Below the pieces are notes generated by a model, which did no database searches, was not told the DNA's origin, and was given only the letters and a program-made list of their open reading frames with translations. DNA of 64,000 nucleotides from the NCBI GenBank assembly GCA_965113315.1, contig OZ220363.1; one strand, given 5' to 3'. Each line of letters starts with the position of its first letter. The stretch's first letter is position 1. This DNA is from Podarcis vaucheri. Lineage: Eukaryota. The position numbers and the translations under genes are program-made. Positions 60,336-64,000 of this stretch are shown in pieces.

Positions 60336-60969
60336 ATTTAGAATTTTTTTTGCCCCAACACATGTCTGCCATTTTTCTATCCACAATCCCTTTTTTACAA
60401 AAACACCAAAAAAGTGATTTTTTGATTGACTGGCCTGTGATCCATGACAAAGCACCACCTTCCAGAAATTCCACCTTGTTGAGCTTTTTTTTTTTTTTTA
60501 GTAAAAGCAAAAATAATTTTTGAGTTTTGGAGCTTTTAAAGGCATTTTTGGCACGGTTTTCTGGGATATTTGCCCAATTTCCAAAAAATAATCCAGGGCA
60601 CCATTTTCGGAGGCAAATTCCAGGACATGTCCTGGAAAACCAGGACGCATGGCAGCCCTATCTTATTCCATGATTTTAAAGCTTAGGGCTCATCCACACT
60701 TACATTTGTGACATGATTTTTAGGCATAGGTCCAAGAGGCTTATCGTTTGCCCTGCCATTTTCCCTGCGCAACCCACTGTTTACTGCTGAATTGGAACAA
60801 ACGTCAATCGAGTTTTCTGCAGATTGATGCTTGTTCCGATTCATTTGTAAACAACAGGTTTTCCTGGGGAAAGTGACAGAACAAAAGAAATTCCTCTTGG
60901 ACCTGTGCCCAGAAATCATGGGACAAATGGAAGAAATCAAGGGATAAAGGGAAGTGTGGGTGAGTGAGT

Positions 60970-61060
60970 CCTTACTCAGGAGTCTTTGGTGAGCTACCTT
61001 GTTGAAAGCTTTTCGAAAGTTCACTGTACCACCTCTTTCTATAGCCTTGCAGTCAGTCTC
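60970..61060 (-). mobile_element. CR1 LINE RT remnant
   Basis: Translates NFRKAFNKVAHQRLLSK, like CR1 RT DFxKAFDKVPHQRLLSK. Confidence 0.65.
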
Positions 61061-61085
61061 AAATAACTCTTAACCAAGTTAGTAA

Positions 61086-61309
61086 CACTGGCGGAGGAAG
61101 AGGAGTGCGGGGGGAGCACACCACCTCTGACAATCCCGATGGGGTGCCATTGCAGCTGCTCTCCTGCCCGAGCTGGGTGCCATGCCCCCACAGGCGACGT
61201 GCCATACCCCCAGGACATGCATCATGCCCCCAGGATGCACACCAGCCCTGCCCCCGACTGCTCTCCGCCCCCCCCCCCTCCGGTGCCAGAGCATGAAGCT
61301 CTGCCACTG
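61086..61309. mobile_element. GC-rich hAT-type MITE
   Basis: Ends CACTGGCGGAG / CTCTGCCACTG; 8-bp TSD GTTAGTAA at 61078-61085 and 61310-61317. Confidence 0.75.
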
Positions 61310-64000
61310 GTTAGTAAGACAGAACTTAATTCTTTATTTAAATAATAGAATTTTTTTTCTAGATCTGCATGGATTAACATATGCAATTAGGGAAATCGGC
61401 CACCTGTTTTGTCCTCTTTTTTCTGGCAACATGTTACTTATCACCTGAGTTGGGGTGGTCTAGCAGCAACTGAAATGTGGATCTCCATTTCTACCTCCCT
61501 TGAAGTGCGAACTGAGAGTGATGGTATTTCAGATTCAGAGCAGAGCATCCACTCCAGATGTCTTTAGGAGCATTGCCCTCCTCGCCCGTGTGTTGTGTGG
61601 GAGTTTCCACTAGGGTTTGATTAAATGTGATTAGAAGAACCCTCTTTGTGATCTGACAAAGCAAGGTCCCTGGTTGTGCAAAGGAGGCTGCTCCCATTCA
61701 AGCAAGCACAGGTAGAAGACCATTCCAGATTTCCTTGTGCAATGCAAGGATGGTTGGGGACTGAACGGGGAGGGAGGGGACATGTGCAAAGACTTTGGGA
61801 GTGGGCTTGCAGGAGTGCCCTCCATTCCCATCCACAGGAGGATGCAGTTGTTCAGGCCAATGGCAGCCATCTGCACACGCGACAGCAGTGTCATATTCAC
61901 AACAACTCTGTAAGGTAGGGCGGGCTGAGAGATGATCAGCACTCTGACCACTTTGCCACGCTTCCTCTCAATGTACTTTACATACATTATTGCAATAATC
62001 TTGAAGCTCAACAACTTTGCCCAAAAACGCTCAGCAACTTTTGTGTCCGTATTTTCACTTTTTGAGATATGGCAACCCTATCTTGGAGGTAAGTCAGCAT
62101 GCATTTGCCTTGTAAGTGGGTCATGCGAGCAAAGACAGGTATTCACAGCTAGACCAACCCTTTGGTTCCCAGCATTTTCTAGAAGACGATCAGGGTGGCT
62201 TATACTAGTGCAGTTAGAAGTGTTGCAGTGTGGACAAATGTAGGCCTAACAGTAATTAACATTGACTAATTAATCCAGTACAATATTTAAATGGAGATTC
62301 AGGACGACTAGCCTAGAATTGAAAAGACACTTGAGAATAGATGGCACAGTAACCTAAGCTCCCGCCCCCAGTAAGTTTTGTTTGCCTTCACTTCTGTTAC
62401 TTCCTCAAGTTTTCCGGCCAAAATCCACCTTTAGCTTCACAATTAGAAAGGTCTGATGCAGATGAATGAGCAGAGGAGATGTGAATGGAATCTGTTGCCA
62501 GCACAATGCATCTGGGGATGATATAAGATATATTGTTGGTCCTTGGGGGAGAAAGCAGGGCAAGGCAAGCCTTCGTAAGGTAATCTCCGCCAGGACATGA
62601 GTGCCAGCTGCTGTTTGACCTCTGAGACTTGTGGCCTCCAAATACACAATGTTTGCAGTGACCTCTGACTCCTGCTAATGTTCAAATGCTGTTTTGAGTC
62701 CGCAGTAGAAGGAAACTTTAAAATAGAAACCAGTCGCTCTCCACACGCCTGGCTCCTACCCTGCATTACCCAGCGTCTTTAATATGAAAAATCTGTGGAT
62801 GCCCACAGGACTGACTAGGGAAAAGAGGAGCTGTCAGTGATGTGGGCACAGCAACAGAGGCAGTCTACCACCACTGTGCCTGTGCTGTGCCCACACCATG
62901 CTGAGCTCCCACTGCCTTGCCCCTCTCTGTCAGCAGGAGTGCCAACTTGGCCCCATGACCGTGGGTGCCCAGGGCCGTAGGTGCCATGCAGTGTGCATGG
63001 CCCTGGCACCAATATCTGTGAGTGCCCAGCCCCTTCATGGGGAATTCTGAGGGTGCTCTGGCATCCAGGGCCCCAAGGAGTTGGCACCTATGCCTCTCAG
63101 CAAGCAGCAGTGATGCACAGTTCTGGGAAGGAAGGTCAGCAATACAGCCCCTCCAAGGCTGGCTTATTGGCGGCACACATGGTTCTTCCCCCACTTTTTA
63201 TCCTCACAATAAACCTGTGAGGTAGATTAGGCTGAGAGATGGGGAATGGCCTAAGGTGACTTTGGTGAACTTCATGGCTGAGTAGGGAGTGGGGATTTGA
63301 ACCCAGTCTCCAGACCTGGTTCTAAGTATCCAGTCCATTTTTACGCTTCAAAAGCCCACAACCCCTTGCCCAATTTCAGGCGATTCATCCCTTCTGCCAG
63401 AAGCAGATACTCCATCCACAGCCTCTCCATAACACATTTTTCAAGATGTCCTCTCAGACCCAACAGATATGCATTTTAGGGGGTCACAGGAAGAAGGAAC
63501 AGACAGGAAACTTTCCCTTCATGAACTTCCTCAACTTTATCCTAGAACCCAGACTAATGTGGTTTGATAGCTTGAAATGAAGCCTCTCAATCGGTAGGTT
63601 TCACTGATGCATGATTAATTGAAAATGTACTATTTTTGTTTTCAAGTGTATTATGGGACCATTTTCTGGGTTATGGCTATGATTTCACATTGTCCTGCAC
63701 TCTACACTTGTCTGTGTGGAGTGTTTGTTCGCTGTGCTCTGCAAATAAAAGAGCCAGAGAAAAGGAGTACGTTTTCATTACTGATCTTTACATTCATTGC
63801 GATTTAAGTAGCATTATTTGTTTGTTACTATTGTAGTTCCTGAAATGGTTCTTTTTGTTGCAGACATGATATTGGGGGAAATGGTTCTTTTCTTTCAGTA
63901 TAGCATAAGGGGACAAACATTTCCCCTTGTTAAGCAAATGTGCTCTCCAGTTGCAAAAAGAGCACAGGCAGTCCTTGTACCTCACACTGCATGGGAATTC

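Noticed and set aside
62000-64000. LRRC55, expected downstream of APLNR by human synteny
   Set aside because: No leucine-rich-repeat coding sequence visible in the window; it may lie beyond the end.

Overview
Vertebrate genomic DNA from a squamate reptile (Sauria SINE, squamate tRNA-SINEs and MITE families; a lacertid lizard is my inference). It holds two protein-coding genes, both on the + strand and in the same order as at the human locus. (1) TNKS1BP1 (TAB182): CpG-island first exon ending at 347, ten coding exons from 6806 to 26032 whose splice phases all join into 5100 nt (1699 aa), and a non-coding terminal exon 27763-~28250 reached through a probable GC-AG intron. (2) APLNR (apelin receptor): intronless CDS 39861-40979, with a ~2.5 kb 3' UTR to AATAAA at 43512. 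The rest is intronic or intergenic DNA dense in SINEs, L1/L2/CR1 remnants, Tc1-mariner and hAT MITEs, and microsatellites; most short ORFs in the track are spurious. I found no wholly new gene system. The best leads are a minimal hammerhead ribozyme in a Penelope-type 88-bp inverted repeat, a stop/AATAAA/GC-donor switch that would control a G4- and miR-17-site-bearing TNKS1BP1 3' UTR, apparent loss of the tankyrase-binding RPQPDG motif, a candidate 63-nt cassette exon, a nested MITE with both target-site duplications intact, and a divergent CTCF pair between the two genes.
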